A program made the translations under genes and the position numbers. Shown piece by piece: positions 12,013-22,441 of a stretch of DNA of 64,000 nt (positions are counted from its first letter, which is position 1; every line of letters starts with the position of its first letter). The stretch lies in the NCBI GenBank assembly GCA_051599415.1, contig AP039699.1:124001-188000 (forward strand). Direction: 5' to 3'. The DNA is from Savitreella phatthalungensis (taxonomy: Eukaryota). The notes under the pieces were generated by a model. The model saw only the letters and a program-made list of their open reading frames with translations, searched no databases and was not told the DNA's origin.

Positions 12013-12097
12013 ATACAGGTGCCGGTGACAAGTGCAGGATTTGCTTCCCAATTTAGCATCATAGACAAATAACACCATTGAACGATTCCAAGCATCA

Positions 12098-12970
12098 ATG
12101 GCCGTGAAGAAGCCAACGCCAAGGCTGATCCTCGTTCGCCATGGTCAGACCGAGTGGTCAGAACTGGGCAAACGAACCTCCTACACTGATTTGCCGCTGA
12201 CGACGCGAGGACGAGAGCTCGTAGAGCAGACTCGGGCGAATCGTGTCGCACAAACACGAGCACAGGCGACCAGCGACGGCAAACGTCTATTCCTGCAAGC
12301 CCACAAGGTCCAGCACATCATCTGCTCACCGCGTACCCGAGCACGACAGACGATAGAGATACTCACGCGGCGCGACTCCCTCACAGCAGGACCATCCTAT
12401 CCCGACACCGCATCACAATCACCAAATGAGCGCGACGCATTCTCCAGCTCAGGTCACACATACATCAACGCTTTAATCGGTGATCGTGAGGACTCGCCAG
12501 ATGGGTGGAGCGACGCACTTCTCGAAGTCTCCGAAACCGTTCGTGAATTCGAGTATGGTGCATTCGAAGGCCTGAAGACATCCGTCATCAAACAGCAGAC
12601 CGGAAACCCTACGTGGGAGACCTGGAAGGACGACGCTCCTGGAGGCGAGACGATCGCCCAAGTAACGGCGCGCGTCGACGCCGTCATCAAGAGAATCAGA
12701 GATATGCACCGGCAGGTATTGGTCGACATTGACAACATCATCGCTAGCGATGCAGACGAGGCGGCAGCGCAGGACCGGCTAGACAGTCTCAGGACAGATG
12801 TCCTCATCGCCTCCCACGGACACTTCCTCAGAGCCGTAGGAGCCAGGTGGATAGGTGCACAAGTCGATCTCGCCAGAAGTCTACAGCTCGATGCAGGTGG
12901 CATCGCAGTCCTCTCGTACGAGCACCGTTCCCTGGACGAGCCGGCGATCGAGCGGTGGAACGTGGTCTAA
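12098..12970 (+). CDS. SHB17: Histidine phosphatase (phosphoglycerate mutase family), sedoheptulose-1,7-bisphosphatase-like
   Basis: LVRHGQTEWS, SPRTRARQT, EFEYGAFEGL, SHGHFLR, LDAGGIAVLSYEH..DEPAI. Confidence 0.75.
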   Translation: MAVKKPTPRLILVRHGQTEWSELGKRTSYTDLPLTTRGRELVEQTRANRVAQTRAQATSDGKRLFLQAHKVQHIICSPRTRARQTIEILTRRDSLTAGPSYPDTASQSPNERDAFSSSGHTYINALIGDREDSPDGWSDALLEVSETVREFEYGAFEGLKTSVIKQQTGNPTWETWKDDAPGGETIAQVTARVDAVIKRIRDMHRQVLVDIDNIIASDADEAAAQDRLDSLRTDVLIASHGHFLRAVGARWIGAQVDLARSLQLDAGGIAVLSYEHRSLDEPAIERWNVV

Positions 12971-13078
12971 GTCACCAGGCAATCACCCGTCTTCCACACT
13001 CCCGAGTATACACAAAACAAAACGCATTGACGATGCAAGCGTGCATGATAGACAGAATAGAGGAAGTGATTGAGATTA

Positions 13079-13801
13079 CTATGCATTGACACGTGGCGAA
13101 GGCTCTGAAGCTACCTGCGTCGTTGCAGGTGTGTCTGGTTCTGCTGTTGTCCCTGAAGGCTGGTTGAGCTTTCCGTGCCGTTGAGCTTCCAGAAGGAGGG
13201 CTCTGTCTCTGTCGTGGCGCTCGAGTTCTCTCGGGTGCATGTGCTCGTAGTCCGGGACAAAGCCTTTAACGTCCTCGTCCAGAGCAGCGAGCTCGCGAGC
13301 CTCGTAGTATGCGGTCTGGCGCTCATGCAGCACAAACTTGATCCGAGCCATCGTCCGCTTCACCGTGTTCTTCCTGTACGCAGCCTCCTTCTCGCCAGGG
13401 ACGGTCTGTCCTGGAGAACGTCCGACAAGTCGCTGACGACGACGTTCCTGATCCTGCGTCGACAAAATATTCCGCTCCTTCAAGCACGCGATCCATAGCC
13501 CATGCAGATCTTCAAATGATTTGGCTCGCAACTCTTCAGCAGTCCAAGATCTTCCGTGCTTAGCCTCCTCCTTCGGCGGAGGCACAGTCTGGCGTGATGG
13601 TCGGAAAAATCCCCAGAGCGGGTGTGTCGCAGACACAGTCGACAGTCCGGGCCGCTCGTGAACGTACGTCGAAGGTGCTGGAAGCTCGATCCCAGCAGGT
13701 ACCTGTGGTCTTCTCCGCTTCCGTTCGTTCAGAAGCGTTGTGGTAGAGAAGGTACGAGACGTCGAAGAGACCGCCTGGCAGACGCGTCTAGCTGGCAGCA
13801 T
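13079..13801 (-). CDS. MRPL4: Mitochondrial ribosomal protein uL29m (MRPL4/MRPL47)
   Basis: Arg/Ser-rich presequence; HPLWGFF; GRSWTAEELRAKSFEDLHGLW..KERN; MARIKFVLHER. Confidence 0.92.
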   Translation of the reverse strand: MLPARRVCQAVSSTSRTFSTTTLLNERKRRRPQVPAGIELPAPSTYVHERPGLSTVSATHPLWGFFRPSRQTVPPPKEEAKHGRSWTAEELRAKSFEDLHGLWIACLKERNILSTQDQERRRQRLVGRSPGQTVPGEKEAAYRKNTVKRTMARIKFVLHERQTAYYEARELAALDEDVKGFVPDYEHMHPRELERHDRDRALLLEAQRHGKLNQPSGTTAEPDTPATTQVASEPSPRVNA

Positions 13802-14148
13802 GCCCGAATCAGTATACCTGTAGACAATGAAGGTGTAGACGAGGGTCTATTCCGTGCTCTTCGTGATGTTGACAAACAGCCACGCACTCCTACACTCTTA
13901 CGCTCTTCTACTAGCACACGATCTGAGTATCTTTTTTTGAACCATTGACTTATCGTCACGTGTACTGGGTAGTCTGCATCAGGTTCCAAAAGCAGGAAAA
14001 AGACTGTCTCTGCATGGCTGTGGATACACAGCCTGGCGAGCATCAGAGCAGAAAATAGAAATTATGAGCACATCCTCACGCCTTATAGAACGTCTCCTAG
14101 CTACACCTCTGGGTCTTCTTCATTCTAGCGATCAGCAGCCATAGCTAT

Positions 14149-14155
14149 TGAGTCA
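14149..14155. promoter_or_regulatory. TGAGTCA (Gcn4/CpcA/AP-1-type site) upstream of ILV1
   Basis: Perfect heptamer 60 nt before the ATG at 14215, with a CGAGTCA variant at 14163-14169. Confidence 0.4.
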
Positions 14156-14214
14156 GTGGTGTCGAGTCAAATCCATTTGAGCCGAGTGGGTCCGGACGAT
14201 TGCATCAGACTGAC

Positions 14215-15846
14215 ATGGCAACAGTCAATGGACCTACAACAAACGGTCTGACAGAATACGCGAGTCACAGAGAACCTGCAGTCGACTCAACTAGCTCGAC
14301 CACAGCTGCAAATGACGATCAGCATCACCCGGACTATCTCCGTCTGATCTTGACATCCCGAGTGTACGATGTGTGCAAGGAGACACCTCTAGTCACCGCC
14401 ACAGGTCTGAGTGAGAAGTGCGGAGCAAAGATCCTGCTGAAGCGGGAGGATCTGCAGCCGGTGTTCAGCTTCAAGCTCAGAGGCGCATACAACAAAGTAG
14501 CACAGCTAACGGAGGAGCAGCGGTGGCGTGGTGTCGTTGCCGTCTCTGCAGGCAACCATGCACAAGGAGTCGCGTACTCTGCAAGACACCTCAACATTCC
14601 AGCCACGATCGTCATGCCTCTTGGGACACCGTCAATCAAGTACGACAACGTCGCTCGTCTAGGTGCAAAAGTCGTCCTTGCAGGTCAAAACTTTGACGAG
14701 GCAAAACTTACAGGCGCAGAGCTCGCTAAGAAACACAACCTCGTCAATATCCCACCGTACGACGATCCCTATGTAATTGCAGGCCAGGGAACGATCGCGA
14801 TGGAGGTTCTGCGGCAGACGGACGTCTCGAAGCTCAAGACGATCTTTGTGTGTGTCGGTGGCGGTGGTTTGGTTGCAGGTATCGCTGCCTACGCCAAGCG
14901 TATCGCCCCGCACGTCCGAGTCATCGGCGTCGAGACACACGACGCAGACGCCATGCGCGCCGCTCTCGATAAAGGAGAACTCGTGACCTTGAAAGACGTT
15001 GGTCTTTTCGCAGATGGTACCGCCGTCAGGGTCGTCGGTCAGGAGACCTTCCGGTTGTGCAGGGAGTATGTTGACGAGATGGTGCTGGTGAGCACAGATG
15101 AGCTGTGTGCTGCGATCAAGGACGTTTTTGAGGACACACGATCGATCGTCGAGCCTTCTGGAGCATTGGGCGTCGCAGGAGCAAAGAAGTGGCTAAAACA
15201 AAACAAGCACTCCCTTTCACCCGACCACACACACGCAGTCATCCTCTCTGGCGCCAACATGAACTTTGACCGTCTCCGATTCGTTGCAGAGCGAGCTGAT
15301 CTAGGTCTCGGCCAGGAAGTCTTCATCAGTGTCGCCATCCCCGAGAAGCCAGGCACTTTCCTCAAGCTATACTCTCACATCGAGCCCCGCGCAGTCACAG
15401 AGTTCTCCTACCGCAAGTCGGACCTGTCGGCTGCGGCGATCTACATGTCGTTCAAGGTGCAGTCTCGGTCGGAGGTGCCAGAGATTCTAGCTGCGCTTGA
15501 GGCCGACGGATATGATGCTCAGGACATGTCTGACAACGAGATGGCGAAATCGCACGCGCGGTACATGGTCGGTGGCAAGACGCGGGTCGAGAACGAACGC
15601 CTCCTCCGCTTCCAATTCCCCGAGCGTCCTGGCGCACTGAGCAAGTTCCTAAGGGGACTCAAATCCGACCTCAACATCTCACTCTTCCACTACAGAAACC
15701 ACGGCGCAGACGTGTCATCCATCCTCGCAGGCATCGAAGTCCCACAGGACAAGCAACCTCAATTCCACGAATTCCTACAAGGACTCGACTATCGGTACGT
15801 GGACGAGACGGAGAACCCAGTGTACAAAAAGTTCATGCTTGCATAA
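14215..15846 (+). CDS. ILV1: Biosynthetic threonine dehydratase with C-terminal ACT-like regulatory domains
   Basis: [18 protein letters not shown] (PLP lysine), [42 protein letters not shown]. Confidence 0.96.
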   Translation: MATVNGPTTNGLTEYASHREPAVDSTSSTTAANDDQHHPDYLRLILTSRVYDVCKETPLVTATGLSEKCGAKILLKREDLQPVFSFKLRGAYNKVAQLTEEQRWRGVVAVSAGNHAQGVAYSARHLNIPATIVMPLGTPSIKYDNVARLGAKVVLAGQNFDEAKLTGAELAKKHNLVNIPPYDDPYVIAGQGTIAMEVLRQTDVSKLKTIFVCVGGGGLVAGIAAYAKRIAPHVRVIGVETHDADAMRAALDKGELVTLKDVGLFADGTAVRVVGQETFRLCREYVDEMVLVSTDELCAAIKDVFEDTRSIVEPSGALGVAGAKKWLKQNKHSLSPDHTHAVILSGANMNFDRLRFVAERADLGLGQEVFISVAIPEKPGTFLKLYSHIEPRAVTEFSYRKSDLSAAAIYMSFKVQSRSEVPEILAALEADGYDAQDMSDNEMAKSHARYMVGGKTRVENERLLRFQFPERPGALSKFLRGLKSDLNISLFHYRNHGADVSSILAGIEVPQDKQPQFHEFLQGLDYRYVDETENPVYKKFMLA

Positions 15847-17062
15847 GGTCATTGGTCGGCATTAGATGCCTGACCCGCGCGTCTGGAATCGAATTCGCGA
15901 CTCGACGGCAATTTTTGTACAGTAAGGTAAGGAGAAGAGAATGAGAGAGTGAATGTGTGAGAGAGAAAAAAAGTGAGTGCGTGTGAGCTCTTGCAGACAT
16001 ACCTTGCCCTTTGCATAGCTCGTTTTTACATGATGAGCAAGTCAATCATCTAGACGTGCATGGACATGTTTGTGATTCAGGCGAGGATTTTCGGCGATTG
16101 AGTTTTAGCCCTGGTCAGATAAGAGAGCGGCAGTCACGGACGGAAACTTCATTTCTCGGGAAAGGTAGAAAGTCAAGTTTTGGAGGCAGCTCAGCTTCAG
16201 ACTCAACGGAAATCGAACATTTCCTCAAGCGTCCTTAACCTACCTGGCATTGGCTCAGACGAGATCCAGAGTGAATCGGGTGAATAAATATCCTCTTAAG
16301 TCCGCTCGGACGGCAGATTCCCAATGGATTTTGATGCGAATAATATATTCGGTTGCTGATGGATTCAAGCAGTGATTGTCTGTCTGCTGTGGATCACCTG
16401 TCAGAGTGCAAATCCTTTCATATCTGGAAGAGGACAGGACTGAGTTTCTACACCCGAGACTGTCAATCATTTGGCTCATCAAATAACCTTTTGTGTAGCT
16501 TAACCCGGGATCTTCAAAAGTCAAAATCCCGAATGAATTTCAAATGTAAAAGAGGCCAGATGTATGATAATGTAATTCACTCGGACTCATGCTTTTCCGA
16601 ATTGTCGTAGCTGCATTGTGTACAGTATATCATTACAAGAGCCCGAATTCAGAGTATTTGAATTTATGCATGCAATTGGATAATCTAGCAAGGATAGAAA
16701 ATAGTATACCATGCAACAAATCGAACCACATATGTGCAACGTCTGTTTCCTCATCCGTGCCAAACCCCTGGGTATAGCTGAAGAGGAATAAAAAATAAGA
16801 AAATCGGTGCAATCTAAATCGAGTTACACTTCACAGGCTTTTTGACCCTCGGCAGTATTGACTCGCGAGAATCTCCGTCTTCTGTCAGTCCAATACATCC
16901 CGAACAAAGTGGAATCTAAATGAGGAATAATTCGAGTTCAACCTCTAAATACCGATATATAATCAGAAACCCTTCAATCCCCTCTTCTCTGAACTTGACT
17001 TCAGTGCTTGATCTGACTTGGCTTGGCGCAGGTCTAAGATGATCTGATCCGAGTTACATTAC

Positions 17063-17150
17063 GCATCCTCATCCTCATCCTCATCCTTCCTTCTCCTCTT
17101 CCTCTTCATCTTTCTCTTCCTCTTCGATCTACTCCTCCTTCTGCTATTCA
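17063..17150 (+). repeat. (CATCCT)n and pyrimidine-rich tract at the probable start of the LST4 leader
   Basis: catcctcatcctcatcctcatcctt followed by CT/CTT-rich sequence. Confidence 0.75.
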
Positions 17151-18101
17151 TTCAGCCATGTCAATCCAGAAACCTGGATCATCCATCGTTGACGACAGAC
17201 TTCCAAAACCCAAAAAAAGAATCAATACGGTGATAGTCTACGACTGAGCCACCGTCAAAGGTAGGTAGACTGATAGCGAGGAACACGATCGACTTTCTCT
17301 CTTCGCTCACTACTCATCCATTGACATCTTCAACGAAGCGCGTTTCATAAGTTCAATATTGTTTCAAGGGTTGCGCAACGCTGCACATAACTCAACCTGA
17401 CTCAAGCTCTCAATCTCAAAGTCCTGACCTCGACACTTAATCGGGACATCGAGCACTTGACCAACACCTCAACGTCAAACGCGCACAAGGATCTACATAC
17501 AGCATCTCAAGCGCGTATCTCATTCAATCTCTCGCATCTCCGATAGTCAGCGTGACCATTCCTCTGCGTCACATACGAGCCGCCGCGAAGATCTAGACCT
17601 GGCCCTGCCTTCCCCATCGCCCCAACAAACGATCTGCAAGAATTGCTGTGCATCAACACCGAGAACACTGCTGCGTCACCCGTTTCATCTGCCGCGACAC
17701 CACTCCATCGCCTACATACCTATCGATCACCGTTTGATCTCTCTTCACTACGAGAGTGCCAGCCTCCAACACTCAATCTCAGGATAGGTTTTGACCGCTC
17801 AAACACAGCATCCCCGGACCGCCTGACCTCAGGCGCGCAGCACCATCCCTCGGGAACAAGCAATTCTGTCTACCAATAACAATCTGTACACGCTTCCCCA
17901 GCTTGCGCAGCCAGAATCTACATCTGTCGTGTATCATCGACACGGCGCCTGCTGTTAGATCTTCCACGCCTACCGAAGAAACACACTTAATCTCGAAGGC
18001 AACGCTCAGATGTGTTCGAACGCAAGATCAATCTTGGCGCTTTAAACCCGAACACTTCCCCGATCCCGATTTTCTAAATCCAGTATCCGACTTGCCACAT
18101 C

Positions 18102-21100
18102 ATGTTGCATAGGTTATTCAGCACAAGATCGGCTTCCAGACCGAATCCTGAAGACGATCATAGAACACACCACTTGCTTCATGGCCTCAATACATGCGCG
18201 TCGCGTAATCATGGGCGGTGTCCTGCCGCGTCCGCAAACGATCCCATTGGCGAACGTCATCTATCGCAATCACCATCGCCAATTGACGTCGGCGATCTCC
18301 GAGTCGTCATCGCGCAAGATCTGGGAGATAAGACCAAAGTCGTTCTCTTTGACAGTCATCGCAAGACGGCAAGCACCCAGACTTCCGCACCAACTGCTCG
18401 CTCAAAAGATTCCTTTGAAGCACGGACTTTCGGCTCAAGTCTATCAAGTGAGCACACAACGACGCCTCGGCGCGCCTCGACAATCTCCCGACTGGATAGC
18501 AATGGCGGCTCTGCCCAATCACCGAACGCGACTCCTCGGATCAGGAGAGACTCGCCGGGATCTCCCTCTCTGTCGAATCCGAAACCAACTGAAACAGGAG
18601 GAGCAGCCAATACCAATACAGCTTCAAGCGAAATGCTAGCAGAACTCATGTTCGGCACCGCACCCCTGAGCTACAAAGGTACATCGGTCAGAGTTCATCC
18701 ATTACCGAACGATGGCTCCGACAGGCGGCTCTTCCTCTTCACCAAAGCCTTCAGCGTCTCAGTCACTCAAGATCTCGATGGGGCTCAGTCGCCAATGACG
18801 GCCAACTCTAGTGGGCAGAACTCACTTTCTTCTTCGTATTCGAATGGCTCGGCCATGCAGGAATTTCCGTTCCCGCGACTGACTCCTGTCGGATCAACGG
18901 GAGTCTCACATGCTTCCCTGGCCATGACTTCCACATTGACAGGCAAGTCGTCGGGCGGTAGGCAGCACCATCATCATCGTGGCGAGAGCAAGCATGCACA
19001 CTCTCACTCACAATCCCATTCGCAATCCTCCTCAGCCGGCAAGCAGGCACATCACCACCATCACCACCTTCATCAGCAGCATCATCAGCAGCATCATCAG
19101 CAGCAGCATCATCACAGTCATTTGCCTGACCCGGCTGTTCTGACGCCATTCGAAGGATCCATGCCACGCATGCAGCCACGCCAACCGTCAGGAATGCACC
19201 ACCGCCGCGTGGCATCAGGATCGCAGCCATCAATAGGTAGTTCTCAGCAGCCGCGGCACCACGCACGTCAACCATCAGTCGGCGGTGAGGATCGAAGCTC
19301 TGCTCCACATGTTCCTTTCAACCCGGAGGTCATCGGTGCAGAGAACAACGACTACTTCAGCGGCTGGCTGCCTTCACCCGAGCCCAAGTTCGCGACACGT
19401 GGTGGGCGTGCATCATTCGAGACCAACAGATCACCCACCCCGTCCCATTCATACTCGCGTTACCAATCGTCACAGATTGCCATTGGAGTCGTCTTTGCCA
19501 TTCCAGGAACGGGACTCGAAGAAGCGGAATGCGCCGTGCTCACGCGCTACTGGCAGATGATCGCACGCGCTACATTTGGTCTGCAGCGCGTGGTGTACGA
19601 TGAGGCTGAACCTGCACTCAATTTCGTCGCTGCACACGGCACCGTGCCAACTCCCAGATCTGCACGTTCCTCTGCGCGTCCAGTCAAGGGAGAGGCACAG
19701 GTCTATCAGCGTGGCAAGAAATACTATGTGGCTCTCGCGCAACACTCGCTCAGTTCTTCTTCGTCACTTCTCAAGGCTGTCAATGACTTCCGCGATCGTC
19801 TGGTCGGCGGCATTTCGCTCCCATCCATCGTTCAGCTGCCTCTCCAGACAGAAGCTGAGCTGCTCGTCGATGAGGTGACCTACCTGATGCAGGTGCTTGA
19901 CTGCAAAGAGCGCAACTTCCTCCTTTCAACATCTCTCTCGTACCTGGCCAACCACCGCGACCTGCTACAGAGCCACAGCGATGCGCCGGACGCTCGCAAT
20001 TCTCTGAGCTCGCGTATTGTGGTCGTGTCCGACGACGCCGTCCTCGCAAGGCGTTTTCTGTACTGCGTCGCACGCCTCTTCTTCCGCAGACACAACGAGC
20101 ACCTTCGTAATCTGCGCGACTACTCGCTCGTCTGGCCTGCAGCAGGAATTCTTGCACAAGATCGTCGTGATCTGATGCGCCGGCGCGAGTCGACCTTGCG
20201 CCAGCATGCAGCTGCCGTCAAGACTGTCGGCTGGGACATTCCCGGCAATCACGCGGCCCCCCAAAAGGCAAGCCGCTTGCCAAGCTCAGGCGATCTCTCC
20301 TCCATGCCCATGTCGTCCCTGCAGTCGCCCTCGTCAATCTACCTGCGTCCACCGAGCTCAGCCTCAACGACGTCGTCGCGCACTTCCAGCTGGCGTCCCA
20401 GTTGGTCGTGGTTCGGCGGCAGCAGCGGAGGAAACAGTCATGGTACTGGTCTGCGAGATGGACGAAAAAGTCTCGATAGCAGCGGCGGCAGCATTCGAAG
20501 CGAGTCGCGAACGATGCAGACCTCGTGGACATCTTCGGAGTTCGCTGATGTACCCGTGCCACCGCTGCTCAATTCCCCGCGATCGCCCTTGCGCAACAAC
20601 TCCCAAGAACTGCTCGTCCCGACCTTGTCATCAGAGGATTCCGAGCAGGACGATCCAGAAGAAGCGCCAACCCCGCCCGAGCAACTCAAAGCGATCAAGC
20701 AATCCGATGGCTCAGTGCTTGTACAACTGCTGCCCACATCGGCCTTGTTCACGAAGCCGACATCTCGACGTCGCTCGTCCGCACGGTCGTCCTCGCAACC
20801 GCAGTCTCCAGAGAGAGACGTCTCAGCACCAAGCGCCATGCTCAATCACACTGCAGCCTTTCACGAATTTCCACTCACCGGTTACTTGACACGATTCCAC
20901 CCTGATATGCTCATGCAAGGTGTGCCGGCATCGACATGGGACGAGCGCGTGCTGCACGACTACCTTGTCGAAGAGGACTTGCACGTGCACCGGCCGGCCC
21001 GGCTTCGCGAGGCAATCCGCAAGGCTCACGAGACTGGAGCCGGCGAGAATAGCGCGGACTCGAGTCAACCTACAACGCCGGAGAGCGACAACGCTCCAGG

Positions 21101-21827
21101 CCGTGGAATTACTGATCAAGGAGACGACCACGGCGTGTCTGCACTTGTGATTGAGCTGGGTCCTCATTGGCGAATCCGTCGGCTGACCCGTCGTGCAGAC
21201 CACACCCTTGAAGAATCGATAGCTCAGCTGAGCGTCCGAGCTGACGCGGGCGAGCATTACTCGGCCCAACAACAGCAGTCTGCGTCAGAGGCGTTGGCTG
21301 CTGCGGCTGCCGCCCTGTCGGGAGAATCACCAATGAGCGTGCCGCAGCTTCACAAGCCTAAGCCACGTGCACACCAGGCACCGTCGACCTTGACGCCTCA
21401 TGCAACTCCATCGACACCTTCTACGGCAACGGCAATGCTTGCAAGCCTGGCACACGGACGACCAACGATCTCGCGATCGCATTCGCCAGCGAGTGTCTCT
21501 TCCGCAGGCTCGATGGCCAGGAAGCGTACTCCCCCCGGATGGCTTTCACCTCCTCCAACTGCGGTCGGCGGTGCCGGTGGGATGCCTACCGACGGTTCGA
21601 TCGTCCGCCGTGGTTCCCCACTCGCACGAGCAGGCTCGATACATGATGTCGATGAAACCTTCGACACAGCCACTGCCAACGCGATCTGGGATCCAGAACA
21701 TTGGCACGAGCATCTCGTCACGGAAATCGACGACAACCTTCTACAACGACTGCTAGCAACAATGCAGGCATACCGCAAAACCCGAAAGCTCGAGCATGTC
21801 GAGCGTCTCGTTGGTCTGTTTGATTGA
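18102..21827 (+). CDS. LST4: Folliculin-interacting protein Lst4/FNIP-like (longin/DENN), with poly-His/Gln insertion
   Basis: LRVVIAQD..KVVLFDS and ELMFGTAPLSYKGTSVRVH resemble the FNIP N-terminal motif; SRIVVVSDDAVLARRFLY and FHPDMLMQG resemble the DENN-like parts. Confidence 0.8.
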   Translation: MLHRLFSTRSASRPNPEDDHRTHHLLHGLNTCASRNHGRCPAASANDPIGERHLSQSPSPIDVGDLRVVIAQDLGDKTKVVLFDSHRKTASTQTSAPTARSKDSFEARTFGSSLSSEHTTTPRRASTISRLDSNGGSAQSPNATPRIRRDSPGSPSLSNPKPTETGGAANTNTASSEMLAELMFGTAPLSYKGTSVRVHPLPNDGSDRRLFLFTKAFSVSVTQDLDGAQSPMTANSSGQNSLSSSYSNGSAMQEFPFPRLTPVGSTGVSHASLAMTSTLTGKSSGGRQHHHHRGESKHAHSHSQSHSQSSSAGKQAHHHHHHLHQQHHQQHHQQQHHHSHLPDPAVLTPFEGSMPRMQPRQPSGMHHRRVASGSQPSIGSSQQPRHHARQPSVGGEDRSSAPHVPFNPEVIGAENNDYFSGWLPSPEPKFATRGGRASFETNRSPTPSHSYSRYQSSQIAIGVVFAIPGTGLEEAECAVLTRYWQMIARATFGLQRVVYDEAEPALNFVAAHGTVPTPRSARSSARPVKGEAQVYQRGKKYYVALAQHSLSSSSSLLKAVNDFRDRLVGGISLPSIVQLPLQTEAELLVDEVTYLMQVLDCKERNFLLSTSLSYLANHRDLLQSHSDAPDARNSLSSRIVVVSDDAVLARRFLYCVARLFFRRHNEHLRNLRDYSLVWPAAGILAQDRRDLMRRRESTLRQHAAAVKTVGWDIPGNHAAPQKASRLPSSGDLSSMPMSSLQSPSSIYLRPPSSASTTSSRTSSWRPSWSWFGGSSGGNSHGTGLRDGRKSLDSSGGSIRSESRTMQTSWTSSEFADVPVPPLLNSPRSPLRNNSQELLVPTLSSEDSEQDDPEEAPTPPEQLKAIKQSDGSVLVQLLPTSALFTKPTSRRRSSARSSSQPQSPERDVSAPSAMLNHTAAFHEFPLTGYLTRFHPDMLMQGVPASTWDERVLHDYLVEEDLHVHRPARLREAIRKAHETGAGENSADSSQPTTPESDNAPGRGITDQGDDHGVSALVIELGPHWRIRRLTRRADHTLEESIAQLSVRADAGEHYSAQQQQSASEALAAAAAALSGESPMSVPQLHKPKPRAHQAPSTLTPHATPSTPSTATAMLASLAHGRPTISRSHSPASVSSAGSMARKRTPPGWLSPPPTAVGGAGGMPTDGSIVRRGSPLARAGSIHDVDETFDTATANAIWDPEHWHEHLVTEIDDNLLQRLLATMQAYRKTRKLEHVERLVGLFD

Positions 21828-22441
21828 CCTCGAGACCACCTCACTTTCTAGTACGACCATGAATGACTCCATAGTACCTTAGTCCTCTTGGAGACTCTTT
21901 ACTAATGACTTACAATTCATCCTACGTTGGTGTTCGTGGTGGCAGGTGAACGATCGCACAAAGATGTTCTCGTTTGGCTGAGGTCACCTGAGCGGCATTC
22001 GCCAACACACATTGTCATGTGCATCAATGTCTCTCGAGGATACACGGCATGAACCGACATCGAAATGAACTCTGATTGGCTCGACTCCACATTTCTCTTT
22101 TCATTTGAATTCGCTTTCTTTACCCCAGACTCTCCACATATCCAAGGTCTGATTGATCAGTCAGCCAGTAGTAACATGGGGCTCATGAGACGATCTAGCT
22201 GGTCAGGAGTCAATTGGTTGGTGATACGCCTTCGCTGTGGAGGAACTCGATTCTCGGCTCCTGACTGGCTCCCTCGTCCGCGTTCTTCCCCCACGCACGC
22301 ACGGACTTCGAAAGAAAAGGGTGCAGATCGTTGCCGTCCAGAATCCTTCGAGCGTATATAACACACGTCCTGCCCACCTCCTCAGCATCATCCACCAACC
22401 CTTCTCACACAAGAAGTCAGAATCTCATCGATCTAGCCACT

